Source: Vicugna vicugna
Lineage: Eukaryota
Reading direction: 5' to 3'
Length of the DNA: 64,000 nucleotides
Assembly: GCA_013265495.1 (NCBI GenBank)
Contig: MU058844.1
Location: forward strand, 6,447,260-6,511,259
The notes beneath the pieces are model-generated. The model searched no databases. It worked only from the letters and a program-made list of their open reading frames with translations, and was not told where the DNA came from. Below are positions 14,790 to 26,867 of the stretch, piece after piece. Every line of letters starts with the position of its first letter. The first letter of the stretch is position 1. Both the position numbers and the translations under genes were made by a program.

Positions 14790-15520
14790 CTCTGCTTTCC
14801 CCCTACATCTCCATGTCTACAGTGTTCACCCTGGTCCATGCTACCATCTCCATGCTGGAGTGCTGCAGTGACCTTCTAACCGGTCTCACCATGTTCACTC
14901 CTGTTTCCTTTCTATCTGTTCTTCACACCACAGGTTCACTTGTTCCTCACTTGAGGAACAAATCTGACATTTCGTCTTTGGCTTGCAGTGACCATTGTTC
15001 TTGGACTAGAGAAAGCCAAATCCTCAAGGTGGATAACAAGCACAGACTAAAGTTAAAATTGCTCTGTCCCTTGCCAGCTTCTCCAGCTTCATCTCACCTT
15101 TCGTTGTCTGGCCAAACAGCCTTCTTTCAGTTCCTTGAATGGCCCAGGCTACCCCTGTCTTCAGAGTCTTCCGTTAGGCCCACACTTTGGCCTGGAATAC
15201 TCATTATCTACAACTTCTCCCTTTGCCTAGTTAGCCCCAGGCAATCTTCATATTAAGCCCAAGTGGCCCTTCTTCCCTCATCCCTCTGGGCCAAATCATA
15301 ATGAGCTCCCCTTATTTTTCCTCGATAGAGTTTTATTCAGTTGTGTCATTATACCCTTATATGAGTAGCAATAAATGTCAAGCACCCCCTGCCCCCGCTC
15401 CTGTCAGAGAGTGAACACCACCATTCATGGTATGTTTATTTCATTCACCACTGTATCCTCATCTCCTTGCACAATGCCAAGTTCATGGTAGATATTCAAT
15501 AAAGATGTGTTGGTAGATTA
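14790..15520 (+). mobile_element. L2 LINE relic
   Basis: Pyrimidine-rich L2-like body ending in gtagatattcaataaagatgtgttgg. Confidence 0.6.
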
Positions 15521-16970
15521 AACAGGGAAGGTAAGGAATTAAGTCTGAGTTCCCACATTCTAAAGGCTAGCCCATTCCAGAATCTTCTAAAGATTTTTAT
15601 TCAAATTATCCAGTGACTTTATGTGGTATGTATTATTTGCTCCAGTTAATTAATAAAAAAATTAAGTACAGAAAGATTAAGTGCCTTCACCAAAATTACT
15701 TAGGTTTGGGCTGGGATTCAAATTCAGTCCTGCCTAATTCGAAGCTAGTGCATGTGTTTCTGCTGGGGTGGAGACAGCAAAAAATAGAAAGGAACAGAGG
15801 AAAGTAAGACTCATTAAAATAAAAAAAAAATCCTAGGCAAGTGATTTGATGCACAGCTTAAAAAAAAACAAACAAAAGAAAAACTAAGTACAAATGTCAT
15901 TGTTGCCATATCTATAAATATTATAAGTTCACCAGAAATTATAATCATTGATAGACTTCCTGGACTCAGTCAATGCTCATTCAGATTTACCTACATATTC
16001 ACTCTTCTTTGCGCTTCACTACTTTCTGTATCTCAAAGATTTCATCTAAAATCCTTTACCTTTTGCCCGAAGAACACCTCTTAGTATTTAAGACTTGGTC
16101 TACTGGTGAAGAATTCTGCTTTGCTCGTTTAAAAATGTCATTGTTTAACCTTAATATGCTTTTATTAACTTTGTAATAAAAAACAGGCACTTCAATGGGT
16201 GATTTCAAAAATATCTCATTTAATCAATTTTTAAAAAATCAAATTTCATCCAGGTTATATATGTACATGGTTTTAAGGATGGAAAATTATAACTCCCAGC
16301 TCTACACCTTCCCATTCCCAATTTACACTCCAAAGGCAGCCACTTCCCACCATGTTAGTCTTTTCTTCTACTGTTGTCCTGTGTGTATCTTGATGTTTTC
16401 ATTTTTGAATTTTTTTAATACTACCTATTAACCTTACAAAATAAAAGACAAAAATTTATCTTTCACAACACCTCTGCCATAAATACATATACCTTCTCTT
16501 TCCATTTCTTAGACAAGTCATAATTTGTGGTTAGATCACAATTCAGTGTTTACCTATTTATGACTATGTAAATATAATCTACAGCTGAGCCATATAGGTA
16601 CTATAAGGGAAGGAGGTATTGCTTGTTCTATGGTTTTCCTCTAGTTGCAGGGAGATGTGAGGATTTAATCCTCAAGTCAAGAAACTGATAGAATTTAATC
16701 TCTACTGAGTCCGAGATCAGTGAGAATTCAGCTGTACCAGCCCAAGCCCTTTCACTTCATTGCTGAAATTGATTACTGAGCTGTAAGTAACCAGCATGGA
16801 TAAAATGCAACTGAACCAGAGAACAGAAACTAGTTATATACCCCTAAGTGGACTGGGTTACTAGCTGGTCAAATACCTGAGAAAATCACATGACTAACTA
16901 TAAAAGTTGCTGGGATCCCCAGAGCTGATGGCTTCCTTTAACTGAAATTATCCACACACTTACAGGGTGA

Positions 16971-17092
16971 GGGGCCAAGATGGCGGAGCAGAAGGACACT
17001 TCATAGCTCACCCTCTCCCACAAATGCACCAAAACTCAAATCCACAGACCCACCCAGGCAACCAGAGCACCTGCTGAACTCCAACAGAACGT
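16971..17092 (+). mobile_element. Isolated 5' tip of an L1 5'UTR with a YY1 motif
   Basis: ggggccaagatggcggag start (CAAGATGGCG is YY1-type) followed by gctcaccctctccccac...agagcacctgctgaac, typical of laurasiatherian L1 5' ends. Confidence 0.7.
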
Positions 17093-18747
17093 CACCCTCT
17101 ATCCGCACACTCACAGCCTCAATTCCCACGCGCACACGTTTCCTAAGTGCAGAATGACTAGGACACCCGGCGCTGTGCCTCGGTGCCACACGGTTCTCAT
17201 GATTCTAAGCATGCTTTGTTGTCTCCTCGCCTTTGTCCCTCCTTAAAGCTAAGCAAATTTAGTGTCAGGTGAAGCCTATTGTTTCATGAATTTAAGAGTT
17301 GATTTGAATTCAAAACACACAGCTGCTACTAGAAAAAATGGTACAGCAGTTACACATTACATTTCTTGTGTAACTTTTTTCCTCACATTTAGTCATCTAA
17401 GTTTTTATATTTAGTGAGTTTTCTATGTAGTATCATTAGTGTCTAAATTGTCTATTAGAAGGGTAAATTCTACACATATATCACCCCAAAACTCTCTTCC
17501 TAAGGAGTATATCTCCTATCAAATACATTCAAGCACATCAGACAATCCCCGGAGAGACTGCTCATGATGCTTTCTGTAATCATGGAGTATTTAATCTCTA
17601 AACCTGTGTGAGCTGTGGTCCTGCGCTCTCTTCTTCACCATCATTGTAAAGATCCCTTTGCCTGTTTCTTCTGCTAGATCTCACATGTTCTTTTTCACGG
17701 TTTACCTCTTCACTTTTGTGGAGTGGTTCCTCCAGTAGCTTCCTGAACAAGGTTTCAAGGGAGATAAATCAGGACTTGATATGGTTTTATATTTTTAAGT
17801 GTTATTAATAGTTTGCCTGTTTACAGAATTCTTGGTTGAAAATAACGCTCCTCAAGAATATTGAATAAACTGTTCCATCATCTTCTAGGTTCTAAGCTTA
17901 ATGTTGAGAAGTCCAGTGACTTTTAGGTAATGGAACCATTACATGTGATCCGGTTTTCTTTCTGGAGGACTTTCACACTCTTTCCTTTGTCCCTGGTTTT
18001 ATGACATTTTCTAAGATGTGCCAGAAAGATGGCTTTGTTTTCATTCATTTTCCTAACATGTGCCCTCTTGATCTGGAAACTAGAAATTCCTCTAGTTTGG
18101 GGAATTTGGGGGAATTATTCCTCTCATATTTCCTTCTATCTCTTTGTGGCTGTTTTCTTTCTTTCTGGATCTCCTATTAGTTACCAAGGTTGGACCTCCT
18201 GGACTAAGCCTCTCCTCTCCGTGTTCTCTCTCATGTTTCTTATCACTTTGTATTTTTGCTCTAGTTTCTGGGAAATTTCTTTAACACTTATCTTCTAACT
18301 TTATCTTCTGCCAAGTTTTCATTTCTGATATCATGTTTTTATTTTCAAAGAGATATGTTTAGTTCTCTGACCTCTCTCTTTCTTATTACAGCATCGCATT
18401 CTTATTTCACGGATGCAATCTTTTCTTATGTCTATAAGAATATTTGTGGTATTTTTGAAGATTTTTTTCTCCTGAAGTTGACTGTGTTACCTTTTTCCTT
18501 TCTTTCATCTTATAGGTTTCCTTCAGATGTTTAAGAATCCTCATCTGTGTGCTTACATTTAGAGTGGGGGTTCTATAAAACTGACAGGAAACTGCACAAG
18601 TGAGGGATGCCTATCATCTGAGAGTCTCACCTTAGGGTGACCGACCTGAGTCCTACACTGGAAATACTTGATGTCAGTATGTAGATGTTTCTTCTTGGAC
18701 TGATAAGAATCTCCAAAAAATAACCTTTCTTAGAGGTTAAAGCATAG

Positions 18748-19153
18748 TGCTATGTCGTAAATGTCTGTGTCTTCCTAAAATTCCTACGTTGAAATCTCAA
18801 CTCTCAACGTGATGGTATTTGCAGAGGGGGTCTTTTGGAGGTAATTAGGGTTAGATGAGGTCATGAGAGTGAGGCCCTCGTGCTGGGATTAGTGGCCCTG
18901 TCAGAAGAAGAAATGTCTCTCTCTCCCTCCACATGTATACGCTAAGGAAAGGCCATGTGTGTACATAACAAGAAATAAGCCAGAAAGAGAGCTGTCACCA
19001 GGAACTGAATCAGACAGCATTTAGATTTTAGACTTCCCAGTCTCCAGAACTGTGAGACATAAATTTACATAAAATTACATAAATATAAATTTCTGATTTT
19101 TAAGTTACTCAGTCTATGGCATTTTGTTATGGCCACTCGAGCAGACTTAGAAA
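18748..19153 (+). mobile_element. MaLR solo LTR (MLT1A-like)
   Basis: tgctatg...gttgaaatc...gtaattagggttagatgaggtcatgag...agtctatggcattttgttat. Confidence 0.85.
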
Positions 19154-20186
19154 CCTGATTATCAGCATTCTGGGAGCTGAGCAGGGGAGGGGCTTGGGGC
19201 GTTGGCATTTAATGTGAATACCTACACTTGTCTTCTTAGTTTTAGCAAGGTGCCAAGGTCGTTCCTGAGTCCAGAGGCTCTGTTTCATCCTATCTAGAGA
19301 ATTAAGTTCAAGAATTTTGCAAGGTATCCCAGACCTATTTATCTTATTACTCTTTTCACCCCCCACTTCCAGAAGGCCTAATACCATCAATTTCTGAAAC
19401 TTTGGGTTTGAGAGAGTTCTCACATCTCATTGGTGGTTTTAAGCTTTTATTTTCTATTATCACGTATCTATTTTCTAGTCTAAAAAAATTATACTGATGT
19501 TGCCTCTTCCTTATATTCCTATGTTAGTTAGTGTGTGTCTTAAAAATATCTCTGGTGAAGTTTTCGTGAGGGTTTTCAGATCCATCATCTTTACATGGAA
19601 GACCTTAGATTATCATTTACTTTTCAACATATTATGAGAAGTAAAGATTGGTGTTCCCAATTACAGATGAGAAAACAAAGACACTCACTGCTAGTGAGTA
19701 TTCATGCAACATTCAAACTTGTCTTCTCAGGCCAGATCCATTGTTAGTTCTTTATCTCATGTAGCCTTCTTTAGATAGAAGACTAATGTCCTTGACAACA
19801 ACCTGCAACTGTAATAATTCTCTGACACCCTGAGAAGATTACCAGCTATCCCAGAAATACAGGAAGTGTCCTAGGTAGCAAGTAGACAGGCTGCTGACAG
19901 GTGGGCAGAGAGGTTTCTTTCAGGGGAAAGGGACAACGCAGATTAAAAAAGGGTGCCGTGGGCTTCTTCCCGAGCCACTCCCTTTTCCCACTTTCTCTGT
20001 GAAGCTTTGGCTCGAGAATCCTGGTGTGCTCCTCCCTCCCTCTTCCTTGTGGCTGCACAGAGAAGCAGTAGGTGGGGTGACATGAGTGCCTTGCTTTCGT
20101 GTTTTGAAGAAGAGAAGTTTTCCTGGGTGTGGACCTTCATGGTGGAACTTACTTTCCCTTAGCACTTTGGAGGTATCATTACACTG

Positions 20187-20578
20187 TGTATTAGTCAGCT
20201 TGGGCTGCCATAACAAGATACCACAGACTGAATGCTTAAACAACAGAAACACATTTTCTCACAGCTCTGGAGGCTGGAAGTCTAAAACGAAGGTGCTAGC
20301 AAGTGCAGTCTCTCACAGGCCTCTCTCCGTGGCTTGCAGACGGCCACCTTATTGCTGTGTCCTCACAAGACCTTTCCTCTGGGAGTATAAGTATATATTC
20401 ACTCCTGGTGTCTCTTCCTCTTCTAATAAGGATACCAGTCCTATTGGATTAGAGCCCCCAGGCTCATCTGACCTCATTTAATCTTAATTAATTCCTTAAG
20501 AGGCCCTTCTCCAAATACTATCAGATTGAGGTTTAGGGCTTCAATCTATGACATTGGGGAGCAGCGTGATATATAACA
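20187..20578 (-). mobile_element. MaLR solo LTR (MLT1B/C-like)
   Basis: tgtattagtc..gggctgccataacaa..taccacagactg...ctcacagctctggaggctggaagtc. Confidence 0.85.
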
Positions 20579-20579
20579 G

Positions 20580-21615
20580 TTGTCTTCCAGATTTTATAAT
20601 TTCCATTAAGAAGCCAGCTTCTTTATTATTGCTCCTTTGAAGCAATTTCTCTGGCTCTGGCTCTTTGCAAAATTTTTCTATGTATGTATGTATGTATTTA
20701 TTTATTTTTTTAGTACTTTTACCATGATGTGCTACAGTGTGGTTTCTCTTGTATACATTTTCTTCATAGTTCATGAAGTTTCTTGAATCCATAACTTGAG
20801 CTTTTACCTCACTTTTGGTAATTTTCAACCATTAACTCTTTAGGTATTACTTGTACACTATTCTCTCTCCCCTTTTCTGCTTGGACTGTAATTACATGTG
20901 TTAGACATTTTTGCTGTATCTCACATGCCTCCTCTTTCCTGTATTTTCCATTCTTTTTTCTTTCATGCTTCAATGTGAATATTTCTTTCATAGCTGTTGT
21001 CCTGTCCAGTAATTATCTCTCCAGTATTGATTAATCTGTAGTTAAATCCATACACTGAGTTGTTTACTTCAGTTGTTGTTCTTTTCAGCTATAGACTTTC
21101 CATTTTAATATTTTTATAGGTTTAATGTACCTATTGAAATTCTCGGTTTCTTTTTCTATGTCCCTAAAGTTATTATGTATGTTTTTTAAAGTCTTTATTA
21201 CCTGAAATCTGTGACAATTTCTATTGTCTATCGTTTCTCATGGTGTTCACTGATACCTCACCTCCTTCTATGCCTTTTCTTTTTTAACTGTGTGCCAAAA
21301 ACTATATAGGAAAAATGTAGAGATAATTTGAAGCTTGGGATGGTGTTGTCTATTTTCAGACATGCTTTATGTTTGTTTCAGGCAAGAGGTTAGTACACAG
21401 TCTATTTTCAGTTCACCTATACTGGTGACATCAAAAACTTTGCTTAGCTTCTCAGCTCTAGGGATTTCCTTCTTGACTTATAATGCTTTACTTACTTATG
21501 AGTTGTTCAAAGACTTCAATTAGATTTTTTAAAATAAAATTTCTAGCTGTTAAAGTTGTTTTCTGCAAGAAGGTTGGTTTGAATTAAATAGTCTTCTATT
21601 ACCAGAAGTGGAAGC
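20580..21615 (-). mobile_element. Ancient L1 fragment (ORF1 region, L1ME-like)
   Basis: Antisense L1 ORF1-like text (ttattattgctcctttgaag; ctgtaattacatgtgttagac). Confidence 0.6.
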
Positions 21616-21734
21616 CCTCTTGTATTCTTTAATGAAAAATAAACTAATGCTATTTCACAGCCTATATATCATGGTTCATTTTAAAGAACTCTAAAAGTTC
21701 TAAAATCCCTTTCCATTTTTTATCCATACAGAAA

Positions 21735-21865
21735 TCATATATGTATGAAACACATATAGTCTGTATGTCAATTTTATATATATATTTATATATGACATAC
21801 ATAAACACATATATAAATATATATGCATATATAAATATAAACTTCAGAATAATATATATATATAA
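21735..21865. repeat. Degenerate (TA)n low-complexity tract
   Basis: Visible TA-rich imperfect repeats. Confidence 0.8.
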
Positions 21866-23189
21866 TTACGCCTAAATTTGAAGGGAAATTATAATCCCTG
21901 AATCTCACTTATCAATAGATACACTTTTAAAAATTGCAATTTGTTTTATATTTCACTGGACTGAATTCCCCAATTCTGCCAAGAATTGAAATGATCCCCA
22001 ACCTTATACTATTAAATGACAGTACCTAAAATATACTTAGGAAGTTTCAATTATAAACATGTCTGTTTTTAAGAGCAGACTTCAGGTAGTCTTTGGTTAC
22101 TTGCATATACCTCGTGACATTTATTTTATCAGCTCTTAATACCTAATTGTACAATTAGCAAGTACTCTATACATCTATGGAAACACAGGACTTACTATGA
22201 AACAGTATACATAATGTGACTCTGTACTCTAAGCTGGTACTAATAGGGAGAAAGCTGGAGAAGAAAATGCTTGTAATCATACAGTCAAAAATACCACAAA
22301 AGAAGATGGTTTGATTAAAAATGCTCTGAAGTAAAAACTATAGAAATTAAAGTCTTTTCATGACTCCAATACTCAACAATTTAATACAAAAATATCTGAA
22401 CATCTATGACATATGAGGACATATGGTATGTGTGAATCTTCAGTTTTAGAAGAAAAGAAATAGAAAGCATGTTAGTGATGACAGCACCAGACTGGGAATT
22501 ATGAAACTCTGACTTTAAAGTCAAATGCCAGTGTCCCAGGGGTTGGAGGAGCTAAGATTAAACCTGCCTCTCTGTGAAGGCTGTTGGGCTAGATCCAATT
22601 TTTTTTCCTGGCCTGTTTAGCTTCCTTCCCTAGCTAAAGCCAGAAGTCCAAATTTGGCATTGGCTTTAGGCATTGCAAATTTAAGTTTCAGCAAATTAGG
22701 GCAGGAAAGTTATTTAATTTCTATATAAATAAAAAGAAGAATCAATGAAACAAAAATATAGTGTTTACTTTTGGGCTGTGTGGAGAGGTTCTCATCTATC
22801 TGAAAATTAAAATAGGTAATCAAAAATATGGTCACTCTCAGAGTCTAAAATATTTGGTAATATATAACGTTAGGTAAGGATAATAAAGTTAGAATAGATA
22901 GCAGCTAATCATAGGTCACAAAACAGATATTTATCACCATGTTGACACCAAACTGCTTCTTAATTTATATCAGTGCAAGCTACAAGAAAGGACTAAAGAA
23001 CAGAATTGATTATTAGTTTCAGACTTCTGCCTAATATAATAGTCTTTTTATTTTTTTGTTAGATATTTTGATTCTAAGTTTGTACACATTTCAAGGTACT
23101 CAAGAAACTTTGTTCTTCTATGTCTGATTTTTGTTTGATTTTTGCTAGTTCTATTTTGAAAAAGAAATTATCCTCATTTCCCTTTAGCC

Positions 23190-23620
23190 ACTTACTCATG
23201 GTGCGAGCTTGGGCAAGTCACTTAAACCCTCAAACTGGTTTCCCTCTCTGTAAAACATTAGCAGTTTTAATACATTCTTCAGAGCTTCTGAGATGACTGA
23301 ATCAGAGAATTTGAGTAAAACTCCTAGCACAGTTACCTCGCCAGAAATACAATAAATACTACCAATTGGAAACAACAGAAAAAAATAAACCTACTTTAAA
23401 AATGACTGTTGCCAAAGATGACAGGTTTTCAGCACTTACTATGTACTTATACTGTGCATTTTAAGCATTTCACAAGTAGAATCTCATATAATCCCCAACC
23501 ACCAGGTACTGTTAGTATCCAGTTTTACAGGTGAAAAATAATGATAAACAGAGAAGTTAAATAAAAGCTAACAGAAGTTGGAATCAAGATTCAAACTGTG
23601 TTAGACTTTCTCTAGACTCC
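23190..23620. mobile_element. Two MIR relics in opposite orientation (~23190-23340 plus, ~23430-23620 minus)
   Basis: gcttgggcaagtcacttaaaccctc...ctgtaaaa and ccagttttacaggtgaaaaa. Confidence 0.6.
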
Positions 23621-24609
23621 ACACAACATCAATTAAGCTATGCTTCTTATATCAGAGATAGCTATAGAACAGTGATATCAGGGCTCCAAACTGAACATTT
23701 GAAACAAACAAAAAAAGGGAAATTTGGTGGGAGATTTTCAAGGTAAGAAGAAAGTATTTCAAATTCTAAGGCGAGATCACATATTGAAACCCAAGTAGAG
23801 ACCATGAATGATACAGAATAAACCAAGACAGGTACCTGCCACTAAAGAAATATAAATAAATAAATAAATCAAGTAAACCAATGTTGAATCTCTAAAGTCC
23901 TCAGACTCTTAGTTGTATATTATAGGAAGAACAAACTGATAACTGACACAGGGCACATGCATGAGGTTATCCTGAGAACGGGTGTGGTCAAAGATTCCTC
24001 AGCCTTAGGTCTGAGTTAAGGGTCTAAATCTGGCAGCTAGACAAAAATTGCCAGCAATTCATCAATATAGCAAAATATAAGGATATTTTATAAAATATGG
24101 TCTGTTAAAAGGGTCTAATTATTTGCCTCATGCCATCGAATATAATTTGATATTTCATGATAAATATTCCCTAAATTTAAGCATATTTTTAATCCCAGAC
24201 CAATAGAGGATATCTACCACCCCCTCTGACCTACTAGTGACATCAGATAAAGGTAACAATAATAATAATCACAGCGTTTTAGTACAGTTTATACGAGGAA
24301 TCATGAAAACATCACATAGGCAATACTGCAAAGTGGAGAAGTATTTTTAAACTTAGTTTTCGTTTTACACAATCAGACAATGTTATTATAATGGCATTCT
24401 AGAAAAAACATTCAAATAATACCATCATCTAATTCCAACAAAACCAAGGAAATTTTAAGACAGTGCTGGCATGCTGTTGTGTTGAGATACTATTTCACAT
24501 AGAATCATTCAGTCTAAACTTATAGCAAAATTTAATCCTAATCTCCCTCACTTTTTGGGGTAAGATACCCGATTATTAATTTTATTTGAAATTTAGGGGG
24601 AAGAAAGTC

Positions 24610-24770
24610 TTTCTAATATTTTAAAATTAGATTGTGGTGACTTTAATTAGATTAAAATTAGATTAGATTTAGGTTGTATAACTCTAAATATTTTGAAATT
24701 CATCAAATCATACTCAGAACGGATGCATTTTATACTATGTGAACGTATCTCAAAAGACCTTTTTTTAAAA
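24610..24770 (+). mobile_element. Old L1 3'-terminal fragment
   Basis: ttctaatattttaaaattagattgtggtga...ttttatactatgtgaacgtatctcaa. Confidence 0.55.
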
Positions 24771-24771
24771 T

Positions 24772-24785
24772 GCGCCCTCTACTGG
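24772..24785 (-). promoter_or_regulatory. Candidate CTCF binding site
   Basis: Minus strand reads CCAGTAGAGGGCGC, close to the CTCF core consensus CCASYAGRKGGCRS; CpG retained. Confidence 0.6.
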
Positions 24786-26765
24786 GAAGCTGGGATTAGT
24801 CAGGCTAGTCAGGCTGCTGATTGGGAAGCTGACTGGTCCCTGGGGCCAGTCAAAAACTAAGAGTGTGAGTTTAGGAGGTAGGTCAGAGCAGCCATTAAGG
24901 ATAACATGGGGTTCAACCTGGCCAACATGATCAAATAATCTTTGACTCACTCTCTTCCCCTTAAAAAAGGGGCAGAAATAAACATATTAATTAGGGGGGA
25001 AAGTTCTGTTATGTGGAACTGTTTTTGCCAAGCCAATTCCTTGCAAAAAAAAAAAAAAAGCCTTAAAATAACTATTAGTCACTAAAATATATGGTACATA
25101 CATAAAGATCATTCAATGAAATTAATGACATGCCAAATGTACTCGAGGTTTAAAAAGAAAAAGTAAGCTAAACACATTTCATATGGAGGAAAGAAAACAA
25201 AAATGCACATCGTACCATGAAGCATATGGGGAAATGTTCCACATTCTCTAGGCCACTTAATCTCTATCACTATCTAAACTCTTTCTGGTGTATTTTATAT
25301 TAGCACACAAATCAGTAATTATACTGTCCACATATGATGGTAACATATCTTTGCCTTTCATAGGATAAGAGAAAATGCAACAGAACATGTTAGGATAGGT
25401 TTATGCTTTCTGATTCTGAAGTACATGCTCATTTAATGGGCAAAAATACCCCAATTATCTTTCTTCCTAAGCATATCCTTTCTACAGGAACAATGCTCCT
25501 ACTTAACAGGTAATGTCTGTGGAGTTATTGATTTTAGTAGAATTTCCATTCTTCCTTTTAAAAACAGTGAAATAGTGAAGTTGCCTGTTACAAAGAAATT
25601 AACCTTGATTAAAACCAAAACCTTATGGTATATTGAAAACACATTTTAATTCTCTTAAAATACTAACCCATAAATATTTCTAAATAATATTGATTTTTTT
25701 TACTTTCAATGGCCACCATTTTTAAAAATGTTTTACCATGGAACTTTTAAATATTAAAAAAATTAAATGGCAAAACAAACCTCCCTGTACCATCATTCAT
25801 TGATCGAACAATTTCAATAATTTGCCACAATTGCTCCCTCTATCTTTCTATGTATATTTTTATTACTATATACTTTAATGACAATTCTAGACCCCATGTC
25901 TTTCACCCTTCCATACTTCATAGGTATCTCTGAAAAAGTGTAACATTGGTAGCTATCACTTTTTTTTTCAGTTGAGACATTTTTTAATGGAAATATAAAT
26001 TAAAATGTATCTATTTTCAAATATGCTATGATGATGCATAAGTTTTAAGATTTATTTACAATGTACAGAAGACAAAGTATAAAAAATTCTGAAGCGTTTA
26101 CTTTCATTTAAAATATTTGACTCTATTTTTTCCTATTAGAAATTATAATTCAAATTATAGGCCAAACTAAGACTATTTTAATATTAAAGAGAAAGCAATA
26201 GCACATTTGTTTTAAGTCATATTTGCTGCTCCTAATAAGTCCATAATTCTTCTGAATGTTGAGATAAGAATACAATCTGCCACTTAGATATTGCAAATCC
26301 TTTACCCAAGAAGTGAGTTGAACAAGCTTCAAATACAGTAAAATACTTAAAATTCCAGAGTTTAATTCATGATGTTTAGTGCAATTTGTTTCTATTGTCA
26401 GAAAATATATTAGAATATCATTTCAACATATACTCACTTTCATTGATGTAGGGTAATATTATCTAGTAGTGTAAAGTTTAAATAAAACTAGTAACACTGA
26501 TGATATAGCATTATAAGATTTCTACATAAAAATAGAAGGTATTTAAATTTATTGATACAAATACTAAACTACTATGCTAATGAATCAATATACCAAATTA
26601 GCATTTTAGCTCCAAAAGCAATATTTTAACTTTTCTTTAATTATATTTATACCTAAGTTTTCATATATATACTTTGGTACTATTGAGGATTTAAAAATTT
26701 GTTTTAAATGCAATTTTCCATCTTTATCTTTTTCACCTTTCTATATATCTGTGATTAAATCATAC

Positions 26766-26867
26766 CTTCAAAGTAGCCATCCCTTTTGGGCTGTGCCTTC
26801 TTTGGTGATTTTATAACAGAAACTTTATCTTCATTGTTTTTGAATAATGCTAGACGCACAGTAGGAT
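26766..26867 (-). CDS. LRRIQ1: LRRIQ1 exon, 102 nt: [34 protein letters not shown]
   Basis: Acceptor long poly-T then gtctag|AT, donor G|gtatga; phase 1 to phase 1; last exon found in the window. Confidence 0.92.

Larger units (their letters stand above)
15950..19600 (-). mobile_element. Fragmented ancient L1 (L1ME-like), interrupted by the 16606-17339 insert and an MLT1 LTR
   Basis: T-rich, antisense ORF1-region-like motifs (ccatcatcttctagg...gttgagaagtcc; ttctgggaaatttctt); boundaries approximate. Confidence 0.5.

Noticed and set aside
14780..15256. 158-aa ORF, the longest in the track
   Set aside because: It lies over an L2-like relic, starts at GTG and has no recognisable domain or splice context.
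19846..20481. Overlapping ORFs on both strands
   Set aside because: They partly overlap an MLT1 LTR and are expected by chance in locally higher GC.
1..26765. Further LRRIQ1 coding exons or the stop codon
   Set aside because: By eye I found no phase-1 exon resembling the remaining C-terminus as I recall it, so it likely lies beyond the window. A small exon could have been missed; tblastn would settle this.
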